Origin: Alphaproteobacteria bacterium
Lineage (GTDB): Bacteria; Pseudomonadota; Alphaproteobacteria; RF32; CAG-239
DNA length: 57,156 bases
Assembly (NCBI GenBank): GCA_017471705.1
Contig: JAFUSH010000012.1
Location: forward strand, 1-57,156
Reading direction: 5' to 3'
Shown: positions 1-9,348 of the stretch, in pieces
Layout of the letters: each line of letters opens with the position of its first letter
Numbering within the stretch: the stretch's first letter is position 1
The notes under the pieces: generated by a model
Told to the model about the DNA's origin: nothing
Seen by the model: the letters and a program-made list of their open reading frames with translations, nothing else
The model's database searches: none
Program-made: the position numbers and the translations under genes

Positions 1-256
1 CCTAAAAATAGGTAATTTCCTTTATTAAAACGGAGTGAGCTTATATTGCCTCCTTTCCCCTCGCTCGGTTACTCATACAATTTCACGCAAATATCGCCGT
101 CCCATTTTACAATAAGATTAATATTATAAAAATCTTTTAAAGTCAAGCTAAAAATATTATTAAATAAGAAAAATGTGTTAATTTAAAACTAAACTTATAA
201 TTCTATACGATTCAAATATTCATAACCATATAACAGGTTATATACTTTAAAAGTAC

Positions 257-286
257 AAAAAAAATCCGCCAATCGGCGGATTTTTC
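257..286 (-). terminator. Intrinsic terminator downstream of nusG
   Basis: Stem AAAAATCCGCC-aatc-GGCGGATTTTT; on the minus strand it is followed by a T-run, just after the nusG stop. Confidence 0.85.
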
Positions 287-303
287 ATCTGCAAAAACTT
301 TAC

Positions 304-834
304 TTAAGCTTTTTCTACCTGTGAAAATTCCAATTCAACCGGAGTGTAACGTCCGAAAATGGAAACCGAAACTTTCAAGCGGGACTTCTCAGTATCAACT
401 TCTTCCACAACTCCTACAAAAGAAGCAAACGGACCGTCATTAACTCTGACTTGTTCTCCCACTTCATAAGTGATATTGGTTTGCGGATGCTCAATCCCCT
501 CTTTAATTTGATTCATAATCTTTTCAACTTCGGCATCGCTGATTGCCTGAGGTTTGTTACGGCTCCCCAAGAAACCGCTAACTCTCGGAGTACTCTTAAC
601 CACCAACCAAGTTTCATCACTCATTTCCATTCTTACCAAAATATATCCCGGAAAGAACTTACGCTCGGTATCAACTTTTTTACCTTTTTTAATCTCAACT
701 ACATTTTCGGTCGGAACAAAAACATCCGAAATGCGGTCTTGCATATTTTTCAAAACAATTTGCTCTCTAAGCGACTCGGCAACTTTCTTTTCCGAACCCG
801 AATACACATTTACAACATACCAACGAGCTGACAT
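304..834 (-). CDS. nusG: Transcription termination/antitermination factor NusG
   Basis: [15 protein letters not shown]-terminus, [12 protein letters not shown] motif [26 protein letters not shown]. Confidence 0.98.
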   Translation of the reverse strand: MSARWYVVNVYSGSEKKVAESLREQIVLKNMQDRISDVFVPTENVVEIKKGKKVDTERKFFPGYILVRMEMSDETWLVVKSTPRVSGFLGSRNKPQAISDAEVEKIMNQIKEGIEHPQTNITYEVGEQVRVNDGPFASFVGVVEEVDTEKSRLKVSVSIFGRYTPVELEFSQVEKA

Positions 835-846
835 TTGTTTGCTCTC

Positions 847-1038
847 CTATCCTAAATGCAAAATTTTATCTACGCCCCAGCCCAGTACCATATCAACGGC
901 AAAGAAAAACACCGTTGCCACCGCGACCAAGACAACAACCATTGTACAGGAAGGAACAACTTCCTTTTTAGACGGCCAAGTAACCTTTTTCATCTCTTGT
1001 TTTACCTGACGCAAAAACTGTATCGGACTAGTACTCAT
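847..1038 (-). CDS. secE: Preprotein translocase subunit SecE
   Basis: FLRQVKQEMKKVTWPSKKE motif plus one TM helix; directly upstream of nusG. Confidence 0.96.
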   Translation of the reverse strand: MSTSPIQFLRQVKQEMKKVTWPSKKEVVPSCTMVVVLVAVATVFFFAVDMVLGWGVDKILHLG

Positions 1039-1158
1039 TTGTAACCCTTATTCAAAATTTCATTATATGCCGTAACCTTCACCGTCACGGACGCTATCGG
1101 CATATTAAATGCCGTTTTGCCATAATGTCAAGCATTTATTTACGTCTGTCAAGATTTT

Positions 1159-1425
1159 TTATTTACATCTTTCGGCATAAATGTATTGCGTACCAACAGA
1201 CAGCTTGCCTTCAAAAAAAGACATAGGCTTACTGCTCCATATATCCCTTTTACGACTCTTCAATTGAGAACACGCACATTTATATTCATTATTCTCATAA
1301 AGAAAACACGTAGCATTTGCCTTTTTAAACGACGTAACAATACTTGTATTTTCACCGAAGTCCGCGCCTCCCGCAAAAGCAACATTTATCGGCAGTATAA
1401 GTAAGCAAATCAATAATCTCAACAA
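1159..1425 (-). CDS. Small secreted hypothetical protein (about 88 aa)
   Basis: Start reassigned to TTG at 1425, after an AGGAG RBS overlapping the Lon-like stop; signal peptide LLRLLICLLILPINVAFA|G; 4 Cys in the mature part. Confidence 0.6.
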   Translation of the reverse strand: MLRLLICLLILPINVAFAGGADFGENTSIVTSFKKANATCFLYENNEYKCACSQLKSRKRDIWSSKPMSFFEGKLSVGTQYIYAERCK

Positions 1426-1435
1426 AACAAAGCTC

Positions 1436-3874
1436 CTAAAAACCTCCGTGAGTTTCTTTGGCATATTTTGCATAGTCGTCAAAAAACTCTTGCAATTTCT
1501 CCTGCACTGTGCGGTTAACCGAACCGACCGGAAATTCACCTTTTTTGTTTTCTTTGCCTGCAGGTTTTCCGGTCAAAATTTCAATACCGTCATCAACCGT
1601 ATCTATGGCATATATGGTAAATTTACCATCTTCCACCGCCTGCACCACATCAGCGCGAAGCATTAAATTGCTTACATTGGTGCGCGGAATAATAACTCCT
1701 TGTTTTCCGGTCAAACCGCTGTGATTGCACACATCAAAAAAGCCTTCGATTTTTTCGTTGACACCGCCTATCGGCTGAATTTCACCAAATTGATTAATCG
1801 AACCGGTTACCGCAATACTTTGCTTAATCGGCAAATCGGTAATAGCGGAAATCAAGCAATAATACTCGGTAGATGATGCACTGTCTCCGTCTACACCGCC
1901 GTAAGATTGTTCAAATACGATGGAAGCCGATAAAGAAAGCGGCGTATGTTTGGCAAAGCGATTTGCAATTAAAGATTTCAATATTAAAACACCTTTGGTG
2001 TGTATAGGACCGCTCATTTCGATTTCGCGTTCAATGTCAACAAAATCTCCCTTACCGACCCGAACTTGTGTAGTAATACGCGCCGGTTTACCAAATGAGT
2101 AATTCGAAAAATCATACACCACCAAACCATTGATTTGACCAACTCTTTCACCCTTAACATCCATCAAAATAGTGCCTTTATCAATTTCTTCCAACATATA
2201 TTTTTTAACTCTGTCAGAACGATATACTTGGGCTTCTATGGCTTGGTCAATATGATTTTTGCCTATTTGTTTGGAATTTGACTTGCGCGCCCAGTAATCA
2301 GCCTCACGCAGCAAATCACCTATAGACGAAATATGGGCGGTCAGTTTATCAGCGTCATCGGCCAAACGCGAAGCGTGTTCGATAATGCGTGCCACCGCCT
2401 GACGATTGAGTGAACGCAAACCTTTTTTGTTGGAAAGTGAACCTATAAGTTTAGCATACTCGATTTCATTTTCATCGGTTCGGTCCATAATCACGCCGAA
2501 ATCAGCTTCGACTTTGAAGAAATCCCGAAAATCCGGATCCCGTTCACACAGCAAATCATATATATCAAAGTTTCCGGTTAAAACTATTTTCACGTCCAAC
2601 GGAATCGGTTCCGGATCAAGCGAAATTGTCGTAAAACTGGTATCTTCACTCGGAGCTTCGATTTTCACCCTTTTGGAAGCAATAGCTCGTTTAAGAGAAT
2701 CCCACGCGAAAGGCTGTTCCAAAACCTTGCGTGCGTCCAAAAGCAAGAAACCGCCGTTGGCACAGTGCAATGCACCGGCTTTAATCAACGTAAAATCGGT
2801 CAACAAAGCTCCGTATTGCTGGATACGCTCAACTTTACCGACCAAATTACCTTGCGTCGGATGGTCTAATGTTATAATCGGGGCGCCTGCTCCCGGAGTA
2901 TTTTTCACTATAACGTTAACCTTTAATTTATCGAACTTGTCGTCTTCCGGTTGTTTCATTTTACTGAGCAAAACCTGTAACGGATCATCTTCCGCACCGG
3001 CAGGAGACACCATTTTTTCTTTATCTTCCGGCACAAATTCATCGACATTATCTAAAATGTGGTTTTGTATCGACTTCAAAAACTTAACTGCCGAGGATAT
3101 TCCTTTATATTTTTTGCGCAATTCGTCAATAGGCTCTTTAACTGCCATTTTTGCAAACTTCTCACGCAAAGAACTTATTTCATTCTTTTGCTTTTCTTCC
3201 CAGCGCGGCAAATCTTGAGTAGCGTTTTCGATTTCTTCCTGCATTGCATTCAAATCGTCCATAATCAGCTTTTTCTCTTCTTCAGGAAGTTGATCAAACG
3301 AATCCGGATTAAGCACTTCGCCGTCTTTCATCGGTGCAACCACTAACCCCATCTGCATATGCAAAAGCGAAACTCTTTTTCCCTTAGCTTTCTTCTGCAA
3401 TATATTAATATATTCGTCTTTTTTGGATTTATATTTTTGTTTTATTATACCTAATGCCGCCTTATACTCTTCCGATTCAATAATCGCCGGTAACGATGTG
3501 GAGAGATTTTCTATCAACTCGTCAATATCTTTGGCAAAAGTACAAGCTTTTCCGGCAGGGAAACGTACTGCCAAAGGTTTATACGGTTCTTCGAAATTAT
3601 ATACATAAGCCCAGTCATCAGGCGTTTTACGGGCTTTTGCCTCTTTCTCTAAAATTCTTTTAACCAAGCTCATTTTTCCGGTTCCCTCCGGTCCGAGGCA
3701 GAACAAATTATATCCGCGTGAACGAATATGAATGCCGAGCTCTACCGCGCTTATGGCTCTGTCCTGCCCTAAAGCAGACAAACGTTCTTCCAAATCAGCA
3801 GTAGTCTTAAAATCAAATTTTGCCGGATCACATTTGCGATAAAGTTGGTTAGAAGTCAATTTTGTAATAGCCAT
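1436..3874 (-). CDS. Lon-like S16 protease (AAA_32 + Lon_C, LonC/YcbZ-like)
   Basis: GQDRA, Walker A GPEGTGK, GALHCANGGFL, catalytic DGDSAS and GGVNEKIEGFF Ser-Lys dyad. Confidence 0.93.
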   Translation of the reverse strand: MAITKLTSNQLYRKCDPAKFDFKTTADLEERLSALGQDRAISAVELGIHIRSRGYNLFCLGPEGTGKMSLVKRILEKEAKARKTPDDWAYVYNFEEPYKPLAVRFPAGKACTFAKDIDELIENLSTSLPAIIESEEYKAALGIIKQKYKSKKDEYINILQKKAKGKRVSLLHMQMGLVVAPMKDGEVLNPDSFDQLPEEEKKLIMDDLNAMQEEIENATQDLPRWEEKQKNEISSLREKFAKMAVKEPIDELRKKYKGISSAVKFLKSIQNHILDNVDEFVPEDKEKMVSPAGAEDDPLQVLLSKMKQPEDDKFDKLKVNVIVKNTPGAGAPIITLDHPTQGNLVGKVERIQQYGALLTDFTLIKAGALHCANGGFLLLDARKVLEQPFAWDSLKRAIASKRVKIEAPSEDTSFTTISLDPEPIPLDVKIVLTGNFDIYDLLCERDPDFRDFFKVEADFGVIMDRTDENEIEYAKLIGSLSNKKGLRSLNRQAVARIIEHASRLADDADKLTAHISSIGDLLREADYWARKSNSKQIGKNHIDQAIEAQVYRSDRVKKYMLEEIDKGTILMDVKGERVGQINGLVVYDFSNYSFGKPARITTQVRVGKGDFVDIEREIEMSGPIHTKGVLILKSLIANRFAKHTPLSLSASIVFEQSYGGVDGDSASSTEYYCLISAITDLPIKQSIAVTGSINQFGEIQPIGGVNEKIEGFFDVCNHSGLTGKQGVIIPRTNVSNLMLRADVVQAVEDGKFTIYAIDTVDDGIEILTGKPAGKENKKGEFPVGSVNRTVQEKLQEFFDDYAKYAKETHGGF

Positions 3875-3944
3875 TTTAAAAATATCCTATATTATTATAC
3901 TTGTTTGGGAGCAATATATACATCAAAATGCTAATATAGAGTAA

Positions 3945-5426
3945 ATGAGCGAAAAATATTTTGAGTATTCAATGTTCTTTATCTGCGGATTATTAACATT
4001 AATACCGCTCGTCTGGTTTTACTTGAATATAAAATTAAAACATTTGCAAAAATTAACGCGAATCCGTGTTATGAAAAGGCAGCAGAAAAATAAAAAAGCA
4101 CTTTTTCTGTCTTCAATAATTTTAAACAATTGCTGTAAAAAACTTTTTTTCAGCACGGATAAAAAGGCCGGTCTTGCTCTGTCGGCATTAATCGGCGGCA
4201 GGATGCAAAAAACCGCCGATTATTTTAAAGATACCTATCCGTTGCTGTCACTGCTGGCGGAAGCGCATTATGATACGGCTTCGGCTTATAAAAAAATATT
4301 AAAGCAAAAAACTCTATGGCTTAAAAATGCAGAATATTGCGTGTATTTGCCGCTATTAGCTTATATTATGTTTGATAAAAAAAATATGCATTCGGCAATT
4401 ACCAAAATAAATCCGCAAAAATTAAGCAAATGCAATCTTGCTTATTATAATTATTGCGCCGCGTTTGCCTATCTTTATGACGGAGATATGTTATCAGCCT
4501 CGCAAAAAGCATCGAATGCACTCGAATATTTTCGCAAAAAAAAGTATTCTTATGAAGGGGCAAAATGTTATTTGTTACTCGGCGAAATATATCGTTTGAG
4601 TTGCGTAAACGATGTGGCGCAGACAATGATTGAGGCGGCCGTCAAAATAAATCAAGAGCAGAAAATGCCCCAGTTTTATGCTTTATCGACAGCAGCACTC
4701 GGTATGCTTATGCTGTTTGAAAATCGTTATGAGGAAGCGGATGATAAATTCAACACTGCGTTGCAATCGGCACAAACTGATGATTTGCGTGCCGATATTC
4801 ATAATCAAAAAGCTCTGCTTTATATTGCACAAAATAAGCTAAAAAACGCAAATAAAGAAATTATAAAAGCTCTGCCGATATTCATAAATTCAAAAAACAA
4901 ACACGGTCAAGCTTTTTCGCAACAACTTTCGGCGCAGATTTATTTCAATAAAAAACAATACACACGCGCCGTTAAGTTGGCAGAAGAGGCTCAAAAAATT
5001 TATATGAAAACAAATAATTTTTCCGCCGTTTTGGAATGTATGTATTTAAGTGCCGATGCTCTGTTTAAACAAAACAAGCTCAAAAAATCGGAAGATATTT
5101 TACGCAAAATGCTGGAAATAAATGAAAAGCAAAAACACAATTTTCATATTGCCAACACATACAGTTTACTGGGATTGATTTTTCTGCGCAAAAAAGACTT
5201 GCAGCGTGCCAAAGTTTTATTGCAGCAATCGCTGCATTTGGAACAAAGACACCGTCGTTGCGAGGGTATGGTTGCCGACTATGCCAATTTGGCAACAATT
5301 GATATTCTGTCCGGCAATCAGGACGATGCCGGCGATAATATAAAAGTTGCGCTTGAATACGCCAAACAAACCGGAAGCAATGAATTAATCGAACTTATAA
5401 AAAAGAAGTTTAATGATTTTACTTAA
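3945..5426 (+). CDS. Membrane-anchored TPR-repeat protein
   Basis: N-terminal TM segment; repeated helical motifs such as ANTYSLLGLIFLRKKDLQRAKVLLQQSL. Confidence 0.75.
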   Translation: MSEKYFEYSMFFICGLLTLIPLVWFYLNIKLKHLQKLTRIRVMKRQQKNKKALFLSSIILNNCCKKLFFSTDKKAGLALSALIGGRMQKTADYFKDTYPLLSLLAEAHYDTASAYKKILKQKTLWLKNAEYCVYLPLLAYIMFDKKNMHSAITKINPQKLSKCNLAYYNYCAAFAYLYDGDMLSASQKASNALEYFRKKKYSYEGAKCYLLLGEIYRLSCVNDVAQTMIEAAVKINQEQKMPQFYALSTAALGMLMLFENRYEEADDKFNTALQSAQTDDLRADIHNQKALLYIAQNKLKNANKEIIKALPIFINSKNKHGQAFSQQLSAQIYFNKKQYTRAVKLAEEAQKIYMKTNNFSAVLECMYLSADALFKQNKLKKSEDILRKMLEINEKQKHNFHIANTYSLLGLIFLRKKDLQRAKVLLQQSLHLEQRHRRCEGMVADYANLATIDILSGNQDDAGDNIKVALEYAKQTGSNELIELIKKKFNDFT

Positions 5427-5491
5427 ACTCTTTACTTTTACAAACCAATTGTATACATTATGACAAATATTGTTTTTGAGTATATGATAAA

Positions 5492-6862
5492 ATGTTAGGT
5501 TTTTACAAGGCAAAACATATAGTGGAATGGAAAATACCCAACCAAGATGATTATAATGAAATCTCCGGTTTGGTATATTCAAAATATACTCGCATACATA
5601 ATATGGTAATTGAACAATTCGGATCTAACGGTTGGTATATAATAGGTCTTTTTGCCCTTTTATTAGTAATAATAGCGGCTATATATATAAAATCGATTAT
5701 TGATACATTCAAAGCCAGAGACGAGGAGTTATCGGGAGAAAATCCGGAACCTGACGGGCTTTTTTATACAATAGAGGAAAATCCGATTAAATCAATTGCC
5801 AACGATAATAATGATGTATTTGAAGAAGAAGAGGATGAACAAAACTACCAAAAATCTTTGCGTTCTTCCGCCGAAGAATTGGATAAAGAGCTTTCTCTTA
5901 ATTTGTTGCGCGCTTCGCAAAATGATATTGATGAAAAAGAACGCGAGCAACTTTCTTCAGACATAAAAAAACGGATGAAAATTCACGCTGACGCCGAAAA
6001 TTCAAGATTAAAAGAACTGAAGTTATATCTGAAAAACAAACCGCAGGATAAGCATACCGAAACTCTTAAAGCGGAGACGGAAAAAGATAATCTTATCAGC
6101 ATAATTGTAAATCTTTTGGGACGCGGAGTAAACGTATCTAAAATTAATCAATCACTATACTTTCATTACAAAAACATTTATGAAATTAACGATATAATCC
6201 ACACGGTTCAAAGTGTTTGTAATTTTGTGGGACTTTGTAACTCCGGCAGATTTGATTATTTACCGCAGCGCCAAATGTTACCTGAAAATGATGCAGCAAT
6301 TTATGCTTGGGCAAACGGCGATTATTCTTTAACATTAATTCTGTTACAATCATTCTTAAATCAGTTAATGGAACAATCGCAGGAAGAAAACGGCATAATA
6401 AAAGATATGACTTACGCATTAGCTTCCAATTGCGCTTGTATTATGGGCGACATTGCAAAGTTGAAAGACGTGGATTTGGCGCACAATTCTTTTGAATTGG
6501 CTACCGAACTTTCTCCCAAAAACGTTACGGCTTGGAGCAGGCTCGGAGATATTTATATGTTGGAAGGCGCCTTGGAAAAAGCTATGATATCTTATCAAAA
6601 CGTTATTGATATTGCCGATGTCTACTTATATGCGGCAGAACTTGCTCACGCCAAACAGCAGCTGTCGGTATACTACCGAAAACAGGAAGTGCTCACCAAA
6701 GCCGAACAGCTTGAACAAGAAAGTACAGAATATTATGACGGCATCGGTATATATAATAATTTGACCGAAAAAGAAATTTTGGCGTATAATGCCATTTACG
6801 CCGGAAGCTCACAAAACTTAAGACAATATATCTATAACTTACTTAACACATACCACTTTTAA
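5492..6862 (+). CDS. Hypothetical membrane-anchored protein with C-terminal TPR
   Basis: TM segment WYIIGLFALLLVIIAAIYI; TPR AWSRLGDIYMLEGALEKAMISYQNV; true start may be ATG 5603. Confidence 0.7.
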   Translation: MLGFYKAKHIVEWKIPNQDDYNEISGLVYSKYTRIHNMVIEQFGSNGWYIIGLFALLLVIIAAIYIKSIIDTFKARDEELSGENPEPDGLFYTIEENPIKSIANDNNDVFEEEEDEQNYQKSLRSSAEELDKELSLNLLRASQNDIDEKEREQLSSDIKKRMKIHADAENSRLKELKLYLKNKPQDKHTETLKAETEKDNLISIIVNLLGRGVNVSKINQSLYFHYKNIYEINDIIHTVQSVCNFVGLCNSGRFDYLPQRQMLPENDAAIYAWANGDYSLTLILLQSFLNQLMEQSQEENGIIKDMTYALASNCACIMGDIAKLKDVDLAHNSFELATELSPKNVTAWSRLGDIYMLEGALEKAMISYQNVIDIADVYLYAAELAHAKQQLSVYYRKQEVLTKAEQLEQESTEYYDGIGIYNNLTEKEILAYNAIYAGSSQNLRQYIYNLLNTYHF

Positions 6863-6969
6863 TCTTCCATAAGCTGTATATTTTTAAGTAAATGCGCTTG
6901 AAGAATGTAAATTTTCGTGTTAACGTACCCTTATCAGATTTTGATGGTTCATATATATCGGAGAGGAAG

Positions 6970-9099
6970 ATGAATAATAAAGGATTATTGATAGCTGTTG
7001 TTTTGGCCGGTTTATTCATTATCGCCGTTAAATTTCAGTTATTTCCGAAATTTGACGGGAAAAAAGTGGCAAAACAGGCGGAACAAATTGAAAGCACTTC
7101 CATTTTAAAACACGACGACGGACTGGAAAAAGATTATTTTTCAAATGGTAATGTTCGCAGTGAAACGCCGTATCAAAACGGGCTGCGAAACGGTGTTGTA
7201 AAATACTATTATTCCGACGGAACCTTAAAATCGGAATCAACTTATGTTAATGATAAACTTGAAGGCGAAACCAAGACTTATTTCCGCGACGGAAGCCTTG
7301 ATAAAGTGTTCACTTATTCCAATGATGCTCTGAACGGTCCGGCTAAATCGTATAATCCGGACGGTTATCTCGAAACCGAAACCACTTATCGCGACAATAC
7401 CAGAGTCGGAAAAGAAATAGGTTATCAGCCGAGCGGAAAAGTTCGCTATATCACCCAAATAAATGAAATGGGACAAATGCACGGAAAAGCTCAAGAATTT
7501 TATGAAAACGGACAAGTTAAATATGAAACATCGTTTATAAACGGTGAACCGGACGGTCTGGACTATTCTTATTACGAAGACGGAAAAATTATGCAAACTA
7601 CCTCTTATAACAAGGGTATGCGTGAAGGAGATGAAATCACATACTATCCGGACGGAAAAATTCTTTTAAAATTATCATATAAAAATGATAAACTTGATGG
7701 CAAATCGGAAATGTATTATCCGGATGGCAAAATGAAAGAAGAAGTAAATTTTGTGGATGGATTACGTGAGGGAATTTATAATACCTACTCTGAAGAAGGA
7801 ATGCTTACCTCAAGCACCGAATATGTTCACGACTTACCTGACGGAATCCAAACATTGTACTATGACAACGGGAAAATATATTCCCAATTACCGTTTAAAG
7901 AAGGAATACTCAGCGGTAAAGGTACAATATATCATAAAAACGGCAAAAAGAAGTCTGAAGCTACTTTTGCCAATAACGTAATGGACGGACAGGAAACCTC
8001 CTTTTATGAAAACGGGCAACGCGAGCACGTTTATATGTATAAGAAAGGAGAGCTGAACGGAGAAGCCATAGAATATTATCCAAACGGCAACATTAAAAGC
8101 AAAGTCACATATAAAAACGGAAAAATCAGCAGTCCTATTACCGATTATGACGAACAGGGACATAAGTTGTTTGAAGCAAGTTATGTTAATAATATGATTA
8201 ACGGACAGGCTACTTATTATCGTGACGGCGGACAAAAAATAGGAGAGATAATTCCTTACAAAAACGGTAAAATTTCCGGAAACATCATAACAAAAGACCA
8301 ATACGGAAACACGGAACAGGAAGTATCATTTAAAGACGGTAAATATCAGGGACAGGTAGCCGGATATTATCCGACAGGTGAAATGAAATATAAATTAGTT
8401 ACCCCGACCGCGAACTTAAACGCAAATCAGCTTTATTATGATGAAGAAGGCAATCCGATATTGGAAAACCTTACCGGAACTATGACCGTATATAATCGTG
8501 ACGGTTCATTGCAGGCACAAGTTCCGTACAAAGCGGGAAAAATTACCGGAACTCTGGCTCAATACAATGAAGGAAATAACAAACCGGCATTGATGGCCGA
8601 GGTGGAAAACGGTATGTATAACGGTAAATATCGCGAATATGATAAAAACGGTGTTTTGCTTATGTCTACCGTATACCGCAACGACAAAATCATTTCTGAT
8701 GTTACGAATTATTACCCTGACGGGCAAATAATGCTTAAATTGCCGTTTAATTCCGACGGGATTGCCGAGGGTACCGCAACCGGATATTATGAGGACGGCA
8801 AACCTGCTTTCGTTGCTGACTTGAAAAATAATAAAATCAACGGATTAATGAAAGTGTTCTATCCCAGCGGTAAGGTAAGAACCGAAAAAATGTTTAAAAA
8901 CGGAAAATGGGACGAGCAAGAGTACCGTCAATATGACGAGCAGGGAAATATAGTTTATGAAGTAAGTTACGACGGGTACTCCACAAAATATTACAAAGTT
9001 GACGCCGATGGTCAAAAAGTACCTTTAGATGATGTTGAGCAGAAACAATTATTGGAAAAAATAAATATGCCTGTTTCCGTTTTGGAAGGATATAAATAG
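6970..9099 (+). CDS. MORN-variant (MORN_2, YwqK-like) repeat protein with N-terminal anchor
   Basis: More than 20 repeats of G-x-x-x-x-YY-x-[DN]G-x-x-x-x-x-x-x-Y-x-[ND]G; RBS GGAGAGG before ATG 6970. Confidence 0.85.
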   Translation: MNNKGLLIAVVLAGLFIIAVKFQLFPKFDGKKVAKQAEQIESTSILKHDDGLEKDYFSNGNVRSETPYQNGLRNGVVKYYYSDGTLKSESTYVNDKLEGETKTYFRDGSLDKVFTYSNDALNGPAKSYNPDGYLETETTYRDNTRVGKEIGYQPSGKVRYITQINEMGQMHGKAQEFYENGQVKYETSFINGEPDGLDYSYYEDGKIMQTTSYNKGMREGDEITYYPDGKILLKLSYKNDKLDGKSEMYYPDGKMKEEVNFVDGLREGIYNTYSEEGMLTSSTEYVHDLPDGIQTLYYDNGKIYSQLPFKEGILSGKGTIYHKNGKKKSEATFANNVMDGQETSFYENGQREHVYMYKKGELNGEAIEYYPNGNIKSKVTYKNGKISSPITDYDEQGHKLFEASYVNNMINGQATYYRDGGQKIGEIIPYKNGKISGNIITKDQYGNTEQEVSFKDGKYQGQVAGYYPTGEMKYKLVTPTANLNANQLYYDEEGNPILENLTGTMTVYNRDGSLQAQVPYKAGKITGTLAQYNEGNNKPALMAEVENGMYNGKYREYDKNGVLLMSTVYRNDKIISDVTNYYPDGQIMLKLPFNSDGIAEGTATGYYEDGKPAFVADLKNNKINGLMKVFYPSGKVRTEKMFKNGKWDEQEYRQYDEQGNIVYEVSYDGYSTKYYKVDADGQKVPLDDVEQKQLLEKINMPVSVLEGYK

Positions 9100-9107
9100 G
9101 ATTTGCA

Positions 9108-9317
9108 ATGAAAGATGAAGAACTGCAAACGCGCCTAATTAATATCGAAATGGCTTTGGATAATCAACAAAAAGCCATTGATGACTTGAGTGATGTAGTA
9201 ATAAAGCAGGGGAAGTTTCTGGATTATCTGCTTAAACAGAGCGAAGCTCTTAAATCAGCAATAGAACAGGATTTAGTAAAGCCGCAAAGCGAAGAAACTC
9301 CACCTCCGCATTATTAA
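9108..9317 (+). CDS. slyX: SlyX family protein
   Basis: Coiled coil RLINIEMALDNQQKAIDDLSDVV and diagnostic C-terminus EETPPPHY. Confidence 0.92.
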   Translation: MKDEELQTRLINIEMALDNQQKAIDDLSDVVIKQGKFLDYLLKQSEALKSAIEQDLVKPQSEETPPPHY

Positions 9318-9348
9318 TCGACACAGCAAAAGAGCTTTTTGATTGCAG

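Noticed and set aside
27-108. Lysine riboswitch or T-box
   Set aside because: Only the AGUA/GAA module is present; there is no AGAGG..GCCGAA junction, no further arms and no TGGNACC T-box sequence.
6970-9099. Toxin-antitoxin locus (YwqK antitoxin label)
   Set aside because: No adjacent toxin gene; the label reflects only the MORN_2 repeat.
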